The notes under the pieces were generated by a model that worked only from the letters and a program-made list of their open reading frames with translations, searched no databases and was not told the DNA's origin. Below are positions 50,875 to 62,675 of a stretch of DNA of 64,000 nt, one piece after another; the stretch's first letter is position 1; every line of letters starts with the position of its first letter. A program made the position numbers and the translations under genes. The DNA is from Tricharina praecox. Taxonomy: Eukaryota. Where the stretch lies: positions 682,001 through 746,000 of the forward strand of contig NW_026250420.1 of assembly GCF_024521635.1 (NCBI RefSeq), written 5' to 3'.

Positions 50875-51459
50875 TCAATCGTCATCATGGATGATAATCC
50901 CCGCCTCCTCCACCGCCGGCACCGCCGCATGACCATCCTCACCCGCAGCATTCCCATTCGCCGCCTCCCTATCCGCGCTCATGACTTTATCATTGGCGTC
51001 CTGAATCCTGTCGATATCCATGCCATCCTTCGCCTTATCCGCGGTCTTCTTCTTGGCCCTCCTCTTGCGATTCTTGTTCGTCTTCTCCTCATCCCTCCTG
51101 CGCATCTCCTCGCGCTTCCTCTCAAACTCCTTCTCGTCCTCCTCCTTCTTCACCTCCTCATCCATGAGCCTTAGACGCTCATACTCCCGCCGCCTACTCG
51201 CCTTGTATACGTGAAACTCGCCGGACCCGGCACCGGCGGAGGAGCCCTGCACGTTCGCGACGATTTCTGGCGGCGCCGCGAGAGTGCGCGCCCCGCCCCC
51301 GTTGCCGCTCGGCAGTCGGATCTCCCGGTCAGGGTTCTTGAATAGGTGCGTCACCGCCGAGGCTTGCTGCGATGTCGGCGAGAGCGCGCGCCGCTTCAGA
51401 GGCCGCTTGGAGCGCGGGTCCGCGGATGTTGGGATCGAGGTTGGGCCAGGCTCGGACAT
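50875..51459 (-). CDS. PRKRIP1: PRKR-interacting protein 1-like (DUF1168) spliceosome-associated protein
   Basis: PPEIVANVQGSSAGAGSGEFHVYKASRRREYERL, EEKTNKNRKRR; start taken at MSEPGP. Confidence 0.9.
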   Translation of the reverse strand: MSEPGPTSIPTSADPRSKRPLKRRALSPTSQQASAVTHLFKNPDREIRLPSGNGGGARTLAAPPEIVANVQGSSAGAGSGEFHVYKASRRREYERLRLMDEEVKKEEDEKEFERKREEMRRRDEEKTNKNRKRRAKKKTADKAKDGMDIDRIQDANDKVMSADREAANGNAAGEDGHAAVPAVEEAGIIIHDDD

Positions 51460-52072
51460 GACGCGTGGGTTGGGGTGAGGCGCGGTGCTGGTGCTGAAGA
51501 GCGAGGGGCCGGCGAGGGGGAGAAGGAGTGTGTGTGTTGTGTGATGCACGTGCAGGTGGCAGTGAGGAGAACGAACGTGCGGCTGCTGCGTAGGTAGTGA
51601 GGGCGGAAACGGGAATTGAGGAATTGTGGTGACAGACAGAGGTGTCGCGGTTGAGGTTGGAATAAGCCGGACTCACAGGTTCTGGAAATTACCGAGACGC
51701 TGGGTAGAGTGGATACTCTGGGAGTGCAGCCCCAGACGTGCTAGAGTAGCGCGGGTTACTAAGTACCATAGAACTAGCGACTCTATGTACGTCGAGAGCC
51801 TCGTCCTCGCTCCCTCCCCGCTATCAACATACCCACACTCAGCTTCCTGATCTACTCTATTTCCCCACCACCTCGCAGTTCATACACCCACCCCCGTAAC
51901 CCAGGGTCGGTTCACCTCTGCTTGTCGGCCGGATAGCATTAGTCCTCGATACCTTCGGGCTCAGCTGAAACACCGGCGCCGTGCGAGCGATATCACTGCC
52001 GGGCAGCGACCAGGCAGGCACCTCATTCCTACTCGCCACAAGCTCGTCAATTCCTCGAAGCACACACAAAAT

Positions 52073-55000
52073 ATGGAGGCGGGAGGTACGGTCGACGACA
52101 AAACCCCTTCTTCCATGGTATGTTGACGTCCACCTGCACTCGACAGGGTGGTCACTGGGGTGAGTGACCTCGAAACTGACGCATGGCCACTAGCTTTTCC
52201 TGGAGGATACGGTCCAGATCCAGTCGTCGGTGACCAATGGCCAGCCTTTAACCGGACTGATCATGGTACGTGGAGCTCTGTCGGAGCATGAGGGCTGTGG
52301 TGCTGACACCGACAGAAAACGTGGCACGACCTCGACGACCCCGGCGTGTGGGAGGAGATCCGCGACACTGAGCCTTCGCCGAAAGCTACGACGGCGCACA
52401 TGAGGAGCTTCTACCGGACAGGACGGGTGAGCAGGGTCGACCCCCACCAGATGGGGTTTGTCTGATTGTCTAACTGTGTGTAGCCGCCGAGACAGTTCCA
52501 CTACTTCGTACCGTCGATCTCCGGCTTCCCCCCGTTTCTCGTGCACGAATCGGAGTGCAAGCTCCTCGATCGCGCCTTCTCGTTCGGCGATGTGGCGAAG
52601 CGGAACCTCAACAAGCCCGAGTCGGGGATCGTCGTGTCGGTGCATACAACAGTCTCGCTGAAACCGTCGTTATCGCCCTATGCGATACCTTCCCCCGACA
52701 GCTGGCCGGAGCTCGTCGAGGGGATTTCCGAGGCGGAGCTGAAATTTGTGTGTGACTGGAACCTGGGAGAGTTCGTCATCTACAACAACTGCTGGCTGGG
52801 CGTGGTAGACAATGTCTTCAGGGAGGTCACGATGAAGCTGCAGAATGGATCCGTGGTGGTGCTATACGATCCTCATAAGGTGAGGAATCCGTTCGGAATT
52901 GGCACATTCTACAGGTCCGGCAGCCCGGAACACGCATTCGCGATGCCCGATGGTGCTGTTCCAATAGCACCCGGCGTCCAGGCCCCAACGCTTTATACCA
53001 ATGAGGCGCTCAACGAGGCGCTACCACCAGGAATCCACGTCAAGAAAACTGGCTTGATGTCGGAGCAGGTGGCGCCGGGACAGACACTCGTCACGACGTC
53101 GGGAAACCTGATGCACGGCCGGTGGGTCTTTGGCGCATACGACCCGTCCGTGCCGGCTATGGGCGTCGTCGTCGACGTCAAAACCATCGGCATACAGGTC
53201 AACTGGTTGTGTCAGAACATGATGGTCCCGGGACGGTTCGTTGCTGTCGATAGACCACCTTCGCGAATCGTCATCGACGACGAGATTAGCCGCATCCGCA
53301 AGTTCAAGAAGTCGCTGGCCGGATCTGTTGACATCGACGGAAATCCGTTCAAAGATATTAAGGACCTCAGTAGCGGTGCCGAGCTGCAGGTGGGTGACAG
53401 CGTGTGCTTCATTGACCAGGTGGAGGCGGCCAAGAAATACGGTTTCAGGATGTACAAGCGCACCGAGACTATGGGCTATGATATCAACACGTTCGCCGTC
53501 GTCGGAACGCGGACGAAAGTTCGCGTGCTGTGGCAAGACACGACAGAGACGGTGGAGGAGAGCACGGCCTTGGTGCCGTATCACAACGTAGACGAGCACG
53601 AAGTGTGGCCGGGCGAGATCGTCATCGTCAAGCCGGACAAGACAGGCGTAAAGCCGGAAAATATCCAGATGCTGGAGGCATTCAGCACCGTTGCCGGCAC
53701 TGCACCCACCCCGGGGGATAAGGGGGAGTTCATGAGACCCGAGAAGGTCGGCGTGGTGCAGTCTGTTAACCCCGCTGATCGCATCGCAAGCGTCAAGTGG
53801 TTCGTGGCTCCGAAGGTCGATGTCGCCGGAGGCTTCATGATTCCTGGATCGACCACGGGAGAACTGCAGGCTACCGCTGAGGATGTTAGCTTCTACGATG
53901 CGGTCGCGCACCAGGCTTTGGGTGTGAGGAGAGGCGACTTCGTTCTCATCGCGCCCGCGCATCTGCAGGATGAACAGCCGCAGCAGATGAAACTGGATGA
54001 GGCTTCCGTGCAAATCCTTACTGAGGAAGCCTCGGCTCAGCAGCACAGTGCATCTGGCAGTGCGTCCGCCGCCCCGAGGGTGGAACTTGATGAGAGCCAG
54101 CTCGGTCACGTCGCCCGATTTGTGGACAGCGTTCGTGGTATCGTCGATGTTGGAGTGCTGTCGAACTTGAGTTCTGCTCTGGGAAATCACGTGAGCCCGC
54201 AGCTCCAGGCCATCAGCAGAGTGCTGAATCAGTACCCTGGACTCATAGTCAATCAGGCAAGCACGAGCGGTGGAGGGAACAATAGGATGACCCCGCAACA
54301 GCTGCGTGAGGCTACGCAGGCGATTATAGCGCGGATGCCCGATTGGCTGGGCGAGGTTGTCGACTTGGGTCTGGATGGCTTGATCACGGTTCGTCTGGGT
54401 GCTATGGATGAGCCGCGAGACATCAGGGTTCCCATCGAGAGGTTGCATATCATCTTCAGCGAGGATATAGAGCTCGATGAGGGATTTGACGATGACGACG
54501 ACTATGACGACGACGACGGCGATACGAGCACATCATCCGACGACGGACGCGAGTACCGCGGCATGAACGAGCCCGAGGTGATCGAGGAGAAGATCATATA
54601 CGAAGGCGGGGAGCGGCTCGACAACGGAGGAGAGGAGGACTGGTTGACCGATGACGCGGGTGATGCCGAGGGCTCGGATGACGACATGCCGGACTACAAG
54701 GACGACAAAGAAGCTGCTGCGCCCAACAGCTCCGAGCCGGTGCCGCGCACTCCCCCGCCGGTCCCGGATAATGTTCCTGCGCCGGAAGCGCTCCAGCTAA
54801 CCTCTGACGCTCCGTCGCGGTTCCTGGTCCTTGACACCCCCATCCCGTCCGATCACGCATACAGGGACCAGCCGGCAAACGCACGCACCCCAGCAGTCGC
54901 CCGACGGGTGGCTAAAGAGCATAAGATCCTTTCCACCTCGCTCCCGGAAGGAATATTTGTGCGCACCTGGGAGTCGCGGCTGGACCTCATGCGAGTGCTC

Positions 55001-55744
55001 ATCGTCGGCCCCCTCAACACGCCATACGAGCTCGCGCCGTTCATCTTCGACTTCCACTTCCCCGCGACGTTCCCTGTAAATCCGCCGGTTGGATACTTCC
55101 ACTCGTGGACTCATGGAATCGGCAGGGTCAACCCCAATCTCTACGAAGACGGGAAGATCTGCTTGTCGTTGCTGGGCACTTGGCATGCCGAGAAGCGCGG
55201 TGAGGGATGGAGTGCCGCCGGAAGCTCAGTTCTGCAGTTGCTGGTTAGTCTCATGGGACTTGTGCTCGTTCGTGAGCCGTGGTATAGTATGTGTCCATTC
55301 TCCCGTGTGAGGCTGATCTCAAGCTGACATGTCACAGATGAGGCTGGCTTCGGCATCTACGAAGGCGCTAACGAGGCCGCGCTCAGCTCACAGCTATACT
55401 CTGAGAAAGCGTACATCCTCGCCCGCGGCTTCGTCAAGCACGTGCTGCAGCAACCAGTCGAGGGCTTCGAGAACGTCCTCAACTGGCTGTACCTGCCGTA
55501 CAAGCCCAGCGCCAGCGGCGGAGACTCGGAGGAGGACCTCGGCCACGGCCTGTTCCTGCTGAAAGACGTGGTCGAGAGGGCGAGACATGTCGTTGCCAGG
55601 AGCGAGAGCGGTGAGGCGATCGCCGTCGAGGATACTAGCGACGGCGTGGGACGCGTCTCCAAGGGCGCTCTGTCGCTGCTCAAGAGGCATCTCAAGGTTC
55701 TGGAGGACATGTTGGCGGGCATTACGGTTGCGGAAACAAAATAG
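52073..55744 (+). CDS. UBE2O: Large UBE2O-like ubiquitin-conjugating enzyme, 5 exons; introns 52118-52193, 52266-52315, 52427-52483, 55287-55338
   Basis: C-terminal UBC domain LPEGIFVRTWESRLDLMRVLIVGPLNTPYE..RVNPNLYEDGKICLSLLGTW, LVLVREPWYNEAGF; N-terminal LLDRAFSFGDVAKR. Confidence 0.88.
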
Positions 55745-56261
55745 AGGGGGGGCTTGGTTGGCTTGGATGGGCTTTGCGTGCGGCACACAACACTGGGTGA
55801 CGGGAGAGGGGAATGGCGTTTCTGGTTAGCTAGGCTGCTTTGTGTGGATTCCTTTTTTTCCTTTTTTTTCCTTTCTTTCCTTTCCTTGTGAGGCGAAGGG
55901 GTGGTGGTGATTGAGAACGGAAGTGGACGTGAGAGTGAGAGGGGATGATGGCTTCTAGATTAGCTCTCCGAAACATTTTCTGCGTCTTCCTTTACTATGT
56001 ACAAACAAGATGTCAGTGGGCGTTTCCTGAAAAATTTGAGACTCAATTCGCAGTCGATTACCTTTTCTTCTCACGCTGAAGCATACAGTCGACACATGTC
56101 ACCCATACTTGAATGCCAAGTCCCGCACCCACAAGAATAGAAGTGTGCCCCTAAAGGCTAACTACCCCAGGCCCCAGGGCCCAGGCTCCAAGGATGTGCG
56201 AACTTTGATGCAGCTGCAGCTGAGCTTCCGCTTTAGCCTCCACCGTCCATTGACAAACACT

Positions 56262-56352
56262 CCTCCACCTCCATTTACCTCACCACCACCTCCACCACCA
56301 CCTCCACCACCACCTCCACCACCACCTCCACCACCAACTCCACCACCACCAC
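56262..56352. repeat. Imperfect (CCA/CCT)n microsatellite immediately upstream of the EAF-like start
   Basis: Read directly from the sequence. Confidence 0.85.
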
Positions 56353-56370
56353 AGTCGCGATCCCACCACA

Positions 56371-57635
56371 ATGCCTCCACCAGCCCCCGCAGTCCGCGTA
56401 GACCGTCCCGCGTCGTATCAAATCGTGCTAGGAGAGTCGATATCACGAGGGTCGGCGTCAGAATCCGAGCCGTCAGGCTACAGCTCTCTCAAATGTTCGC
56501 GACCCGAGCAGTACATCTCCAGCCGACGACGGCGGTAGTAAACTAACAGCACAAAAAAACAGACAACCACAAGCCATCATCCTTCGTCCTCAACCCCTCC
56601 TCGCCGACCCTCGTCCCTTCCTCCTCCGACGCCGGCGCAAACGCCTACGCCCTAACCTTCACGCCGCCCACGACCAGCACCCAGATCACATACACAGGCG
56701 CCGCACTCCCCGCCGCAAAGCCGGGCTACTTCCTTCTCTTCCACCCCACACGCAAGCTCTTCACGCTCGAGCGCCTCGACGCCTCGCTCGTCTTCAACGC
56801 GGGCGTGTACAGCAAGCTGCACCCTGCTATCCCGATCACGGACGCCTCGCGGCCAGGCGGCGCCGGGTCCGCCTCCGACTCGGGCGGGGAGGACGAGGAG
56901 GCAGGGGAGGTATATGACTACCGCGCGTTCCTGGGGCGCACGACGGCGGCAGAGGAGAAGCGGCAGAAGCGTCTGGGCGCGCTGAAGCGCGCCGGGAAGG
57001 AGGTCGTCGACCTCCCCGAGGGCGAGGACGACGACGACCCGGATGTTTTGGTTATTCCCGACCCGGTGGTGCACCACCACCACCACGAGGACGGCAGCGA
57101 TGTTGACGCGCCCGGAGAGAGTGACGACGATGATTTTGCGGCGCCCGCTTTTGTTCCGCCGCCGCCTCCGCCGCCACAGCAGCAGAAAAAGAAGCCCGCG
57201 CCAAAACCGAAGAAGAAGAAGCCCGTCGCCGCCATGCAGCCAGAGGAAATCGTCATACCGGACCCGGAGCCGGCACCGCAGCCGCTCGACAGCGACGATG
57301 AGGAGGTCGAGTTCTCAGACGAGGACGAGGACATGCCGTCTGCACCCGCCGCACCTACCGCGGCGGTCGCTGCCACGCCCGAGGCGCCGGCCGACGATGA
57401 CGAGTTCGATTTCGATATTGGCAAGGAGCTCGAGGAGGCATTGGGCAGTGGCGATGATGGGAATAAGCCCCCGCCGCATAACCTCGTCTTCGAGGACGAG
57501 GAGAGCGACGAGGATGAGGCGGCCATGCCGGTGCCTGTCGCGGCGGGTAATGGCGCGCCAAAGAGTCTGAGGGAGATGTTTGGAGGGATGGAGGAGGAGG
57601 AGGAGGAGGAGGATAGTGAGAGTGAGGAGGAGTAG
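56371..57635 (+). CDS. ELL-associated factor (EAF)-like protein, 2 exons; intron 56495-56562
   Basis: Spliced N-terminus YQIVLGESI..YSSLKYNHKPSS..ITYTG..YFLLFHPTRKLFTLERLD resembles the EAF N-terminal domain; acidic tail ends SESEEE. Confidence 0.75.
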
Positions 57636-58016
57636 TACTTGTTTGTTGTTTGTTGTTTGATGAGTTCAAGATGAGTGAAGAATGTAATGATATGATACTT
57701 TTTGTCGGATTCAGGACATCAATGCTAGGAGAATCGTTCAACTCCTATGTAGCCAGCCAACACACAGCGCATAGAAACTCTAAGCAACCCACGGTACGTA
57801 TTCCCATTCCCTCGCATCAGAGAAATGAAAACAAAAGAACAAAAAAAGATGAAAAAAAAAATCAACCGGATTATCTGCAACGCTCCCACAAGAAATAGAA
57901 AGAAAAAAAACCACAAGACCCTATTGACAAGCAAACCCAGCTTTGAAGAGAAAGCAAAAGAGAAAAGAACGAACAAAAGTTCCAAATATGAAATACCGCC
58001 CTATCCCCTTACACCC

Positions 58017-60416
58017 TTACACTCTAGTGACCATCGCGCTCGCCTCGCCAAATACACCATTAGCCCACTCGCCCAGCCACTCCTGCTCGTCCTCTTTCCA
58101 CGCAGCGCGCACCGCCTCCTGGATTTTGGTATCCGCCGTGGTAAACACCTCGACACCGGGCCAGGCAATGAGCGCGCTGAGCTCCTCGACCGGTAACTGT
58201 TTCACCATCGTCAGCGATGCATGCCACGAGTCGGAAGTGGGATGGGGACATACAGCTGCGATTTTGCCGCCGATGTCGACTTTTACGCCGGTGCCCGCGG
58301 AGGCATTGCGGCCGACTTCCCGAAGCGCGCTGCTAGAGCTGATTTGCGTGGAAGGCTTCGAGACGACTTGGGTGCCGAAGGCGGCTTTCGAGGGTTTGCC
58401 GCCGGATGAGGAGGGGCCCTCGCCGTGAGGGTTGAGGAAGTTCTCGGATGGGTTCTCCTTGTCCTGTTCGTTCTCCTTCTCGATCGTAGCGCTCTCGCGG
58501 AGTCCCGAGGAGACGCGGGGCTTGAACTTGTCGAAGCGCTGGCGGGTCATCGAGGGAGAGACGGGGGTTGGTTGGAGGACGGGGCCCTCCGAGATACCGA
58601 AGCCGCCGACCGGCTGCTTCTCGGGGAAGAGGCTGGTGCCGGACGCCGGGGGTGCGGGTGCCGGGATAGGTGCCGCGGGCAGTTCCCGGTGGGACATGGT
58701 GGGCGGGGGAGGGGGGTTGTGGACGTTCTCCTTGTCGCTGTCGGTCTCGGAAGGGAACAAGGAAGCAAATCCTGCATATCTCTCTCCAGAGTTCAGCTCG
58801 ACGGGTGCTCTCTTTTCGCTGGTGGATGCCGTCGTCGATCCGGTGACGAACTGGAACAGAGGTGGGGAGCCCTTGGGTGCCAGGTTTTGAAACAGGGGAC
58901 TGCCGTTCAGCTTGTGTGGTGGCGAGTCGGGAGGGGTGTTGGATCTGTGCGCGCGGTCGTCCTCGTCGTCGTCCATGTCGTCAACAGTAGCAACCTTGCC
59001 TTTGCCCTTGCCCTTGCCCTTCTTCGATTCCGTCGGAGTATCCGACATCTCCTCATCCTCCACAATCTTTCCCATTCTGCGTAGGGCCTCACGACGGAGG
59101 TAACGATCTTCCGCTTCCTGGACCTTGCGATCCTTCTCACGTCGTTCAAGCATATCCAATTCTTCCTCAGGAGTAAGATCCTTGGTAATCTCCTCCGGGA
59201 GAATTTCCACGGGCGCCCCCCTCTTCCTACGAGTCGAAGATGGTCTGCTGTAAGGATCAAAGCGCTTCTGCTTGGTCTCACCACGCATGCGCGCAATGAA
59301 GTTCGAAGGCTTGCGGTAGCTGGTGACGGCAGCAGGAGGAGCCATGCGCCTGCTGGCGATGGGAGCTGTAAGTGCCCTGGATCCCTTCTTGGCGGAAGCA
59401 GGAGAAGCGGATCCATTCGATGCGGTACTGGCAGGCGAGGACATGTTGAAAGGAGAGATACCATGCTGGAACAGGCCATCCGCATTTCTAACCGGGGTAT
59501 TCTGGGTATCGCGATTAAAGAAGCGGTAGTTGCCGTTGTGGGTGTTACCGTTGTTGTGGTTGTGGATGGTTTCGTCGGCAGGAAGAGGAAGTGGTGGAGG
59601 AGGGAGAGTAAGCGACTTCTCAAAGCTCCCAGGCATCGCCGGAGAACGGTATTCGGTTTCGGGGGTCTTGGGATGGTTATGGCTGTCATTCTTGGTTGGT
59701 GCATGTGTGGTGAGAAGAGTCGCGACAGGGTGTGTGACGATGCTCCTCAACCATTGGCCCCAGGTCGTCTTGCTGATGACGGTCTCCTCAGACTGCTGAT
59801 TCGATTTCTCTACTGGTTTCGGACGAGATGGTCTCCGGTTTCTAATCGGGGTCTTCTGCTCCTGGTCGGTATCCAACTCCGTCGACTCCTCCCTCTCATC
59901 CTCCGAGTTTGCCAGCGCAAACCGCGCCTTCTTCTTACTTATCGGCGCCGGCGAATCCCCAAACATGCTCTCGCTGATCAACTTCTCGTCATCGGTGTCG
60001 GCGCCGCTCTCCGCCGCAGACTGGAACCTCCGCGCCCTCGAAGTGGGATGGTACGGCGTTCCACGTCTACTAGCGATCTTCTTCGAGGGCGTCGTAAGCC
60101 TCGACTTCCGACTGGAGCTCTTTGTGTTGCGCGAAGACGCTCCTCCTTCACTATCGCTGCGATCACTCATGTTCGCGAACGCGCTGCGGTCACCGGTAAA
60201 CCGCACTGGCGCCTTCTGCACCGGCTCGGCGGTATCGGAATCGAACTCATTGTCGCTATCGAACAGTCCGAAGCCGCGACGTGCAGGCTTGGTGGTTGTT
60301 GTCGTCGTGACGGTGGTGGTAGATTTCTTGACCAGCGCCCCGCTCATCAGCGCGGCCTTGTTTGCGGCAAGGTTCGCGCGCGAACCGAGACCCAGTGGTC
60401 GACCTGAAGCCGCCAT
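58017..60416 (-). CDS. Hypothetical large disordered protein (about 780 aa); probable in-frame 57-nt intron 58197-58253
   Basis: Long ORF with coding bias, start taken at MAASGRP; basic NLS-like segments (KRFDPYSRPSSTRRKR); intron GTATGT..CTGAC..CAG. Confidence 0.8.
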   Translation of the reverse strand: MAASGRPLGLGSRANLAANKAALMSGALVKKSTTTVTTTTTTKPARRGFGLFDSDNEFDSDTAEPVQKAPVRFTGDRSAFANMSDRSDSEGGASSRNTKSSSRKSRLTTPSKKIASRRGTPYHPTSRARRFQSAAESGADTDDEKLISESMFGDSPAPISKKKARFALANSEDEREESTELDTDQEQKTPIRNRRPSRPKPVEKSNQQSEETVISKTTWGQWLRSIVTHPVATLLTTHAPTKNDSHNHPKTPETEYRSPAMPGSFEKSLTLPPPPLPLPADETIHNHNNGNTHNGNYRFFNRDTQNTPVRNADGLFQHGISPFNMSSPASTASNGSASPASAKKGSRALTAPIASRRMAPPAAVTSYRKPSNFIARMRGETKQKRFDPYSRPSSTRRKRGAPVEILPEEITKDLTPEEELDMLERREKDRKVQEAEDRYLRREALRRMGKIVEDEEMSDTPTESKKGKGKGKGKVATVDDMDDDEDDRAHRSNTPPDSPPHKLNGSPLFQNLAPKGSPPLFQFVTGSTTASTSEKRAPVELNSGERYAGFASLFPSETDSDKENVHNPPPPPTMSHRELPAAPIPAPAPPASGTSLFPEKQPVGGFGISEGPVLQPTPVSPSMTRQRFDKFKPRVSSGLRESATIEKENEQDKENPSENFLNPHGEGPSSSGGKPSKAAFGTQVVSKPSTQISSSSALREVGRNASAGTGVKVDIGGKIAAVCPHPTSDSWHASLTMVKQLPVEELSALIAWPGVEVFTTADTKIQEAVRAAWKEDEQEWLGEWANGVFGEASAMVTRV

Positions 60417-61076
60417 CGCGTCGTAGTTGTAGTGGAAACGGGGGGGGACGGTTTGTCGTTGTTGCAGTCGCAGCCGTGGAAGATTCGTGTGTGCGGAGAA
60501 TAGGCAGGTGTTGGGGTGTCGGGGTGCTGGGGCTGCGGGTGTTGTGGTGGTGATGACGGATGCGGAGTAGGGGGCTGGATCCTGTTGGATGAAGAAGAAG
60601 ATGCGATCGTCAGCCACAAACAGAATAACGCTAGGTTAACGTGTGTCTTGGCAGAGATGTGGCTTGGCATCTAGACGAGAGAACCTTTGTGCGTGGCTAG
60701 TGACTGTTCTAGTGCCAACAAGATGAGTTATTGCCATCTGGCGAATTCAACAAGTAACAAAAAGGTCGGAACTTTAATTTTTGTTTTACTTAAATTCGGC
60801 CTTATTTATTAGTAAAGGCGTTGGAATCGGAAAAGAATAGGCCATTTAAGAGTATGTTCCAAGGTGAGTGACAATGCGTGAGTGAGTGTCACCACGGGAA
60901 TTGAGCTGCGCCGAGAAACAGTGGGATGGCTGTGTGGGATAAAAATGACGGGTGATGGAGTTGTGAGTGAAGAGAGTGAATGGAAAGAATGGACAAATCT
61001 GCCACCGTGATGCTGACCCCTCGGTGTTTTATTCCAAAGCGGAATGGATCCACTGAGAGTCTGAAGTTGCGTTGAG

Positions 61077-61128
61077 AAATCCGCAAATCCGCAAATCCGC
61101 AAATCCGCAAATCCGCAAATCCGCAAAT
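61077..61128. repeat. 8-bp tandem repeat (AAATCCGC)x6
   Basis: Read directly; lies just downstream of the SerRS stop. Confidence 0.9.
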
Positions 61129-61190
61129 CATGCCAAGCAAAACACACCTCACAGAAACGAAAACGATAAATCTACAAGTCACTCCAACTA

Positions 61191-62675
61191 TTACGAGCAC
61201 ATGGGAAAGCTCTCCTTCTTTCGCCCAATGAAATCGATCCCGCCCATGAACGGCCTCAAAACCTCCGGCACTACCACACCCTGCCTCTCTTCGCACCAGC
61301 CATTCTCCAGGATAGCGATCATAACCCTTGGTACGGCACAGGCCGTCCCATTGAGGGTATATGGAAACACAGTTTTCTTGCCACTGCCGCCCTCCAACTT
61401 CAACTTCGTATTCAAGCGACGACTCTGGTAGTCAGTGCAATTACTCAAACTGCTGACCTCGCCCCACGGATCCTTCTTCGCACGTGACGGCATGTACGCT
61501 TCGATATCGATCTTTCTGCTCGCGGATGCGCCAAGATCGGTCGTTGGCATCTCGAGGATCCGTGCGTAGAGTCCGAGTGATGTGAGGAATGTCTTCTGCA
61601 GTTCCAGCATCTCGATGAAGACGTCGTCGGCAGTGGGGTGTTGCTTTGCCGGCGCCGATGCGGGTTCGCCTTCTGTGGCGGCCGCGGAGGCATCGTGGCT
61701 CTCCTCCGCCGGAGGGGGCACCCATGCGAAGAGCTCCACTTTCGTAAACTCGTGGACCCTGTACAATCCCTTGCTGTCCACTCCTCTCGATCCCGCCTCG
61801 GCCCTGTACGCCCTTCCAACGCCAACCACTTTCATCGGAAGATCCTCCATCGCAAATGTCTTGTTCGCGTGCATCGCCGCCAACGGGATCTCTGCCGTGC
61901 CGGCCAGCGCATGCTTCCCGTCATTCAGCGTGTAGATCTGCTGCTCCCCGTTCTGGTCCCTCGGACGGAATCCACACGCCGAAGCCATGTGCGAGTAGAT
62001 GATCGATGGCGGCGCGACCAGATGCCATCCATTCTTCATGGCGAGCGACAGCGAGTAATTGACGAGCGCCTGCTCGAGCAGCACCGCCTCGTTGAGCAGA
62101 TAATACCAGCCCCAGCCACTGACGGCGCCCGCATCCGCAAAGTCCAACAACTTGAGCTCCGCACCGATCTGGATGTGTCCCTTGACGACCTTGTCCGCAT
62201 CCTCCTTCGGCGCGCACGCTTCGTTGATATACCCCAGCATCCTCGGCTCGGAGCCGACGGGCGCCTCGGAATGCGTGGTATTCGGCAGCGCAATCGCGAG
62301 CTCCTTCATCTCCTTCTCCAAGCACCTCTCGCGCTCCTCGACGCCGGAGATCTTCCCGCGCAGCGCCTGCGCCTCGCAGATCAGCGCCTCCTTCTCCTCC
62401 TTGACCGCCCTGCGCAGGTCCGCCGAGATGGCATTGAGGCGTTCGCGCTCGCCGCGCAGGGCGCGCTGCAGGCCGGCCCACTCGTCGTACAGCCCGACGA
62501 TCCGCGTCGGGTACGCGGACACCGCGGCGTAATTCCGGTCCACACAGTTCTGGGCGTGGTACTCGGGCGCCGCGCGGATCTGCTTGAGGTTTATGACGGG
62601 CTTAGGAGCGGTCGGCGGCGGCTGCGTCGCGGTCGTGTACAATCGCCGCAGCGACGGTATCCGGCGGGGAAGCAT
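61191..62675 (-). CDS. DIA4: Mitochondrial seryl-tRNA synthetase, intronless
   Basis: Presequence MLPRRIPSLRRLYTT, LPN, LAGTAEIPLA, motif 2 YRAEAGSRGVDSKGLYRVHEFTKVE, EVSSLSNCTDYQSRRL, TLNGTACAVPR. Confidence 0.93.
   Translation of the reverse strand: MLPRRIPSLRRLYTTATQPPPTAPKPVINLKQIRAAPEYHAQNCVDRNYAAVSAYPTRIVGLYDEWAGLQRALRGERERLNAISADLRRAVKEEKEALICEAQALRGKISGVEERERCLEKEMKELAIALPNTTHSEAPVGSEPRMLGYINEACAPKEDADKVVKGHIQIGAELKLLDFADAGAVSGWGWYYLLNEAVLLEQALVNYSLSLAMKNGWHLVAPPSIIYSHMASACGFRPRDQNGEQQIYTLNDGKHALAGTAEIPLAAMHANKTFAMEDLPMKVVGVGRAYRAEAGSRGVDSKGLYRVHEFTKVELFAWVPPPAEESHDASAAATEGEPASAPAKQHPTADDVFIEMLELQKTFLTSLGLYARILEMPTTDLGASASRKIDIEAYMPSRAKKDPWGEVSSLSNCTDYQSRRLNTKLKLEGGSGKKTVFPYTLNGTACAVPRVMIAILENGWCEERQGVVVPEVLRPFMGGIDFIGRKKESFPMCS

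Noticed and set aside
53021..54448. 475-aa antisense ORF (likewise 61638-62711, 43315-44358, 59463-60407)
   Set aside because: Shadow ORFs opposite GC3-rich genes, with no recognisable motifs.
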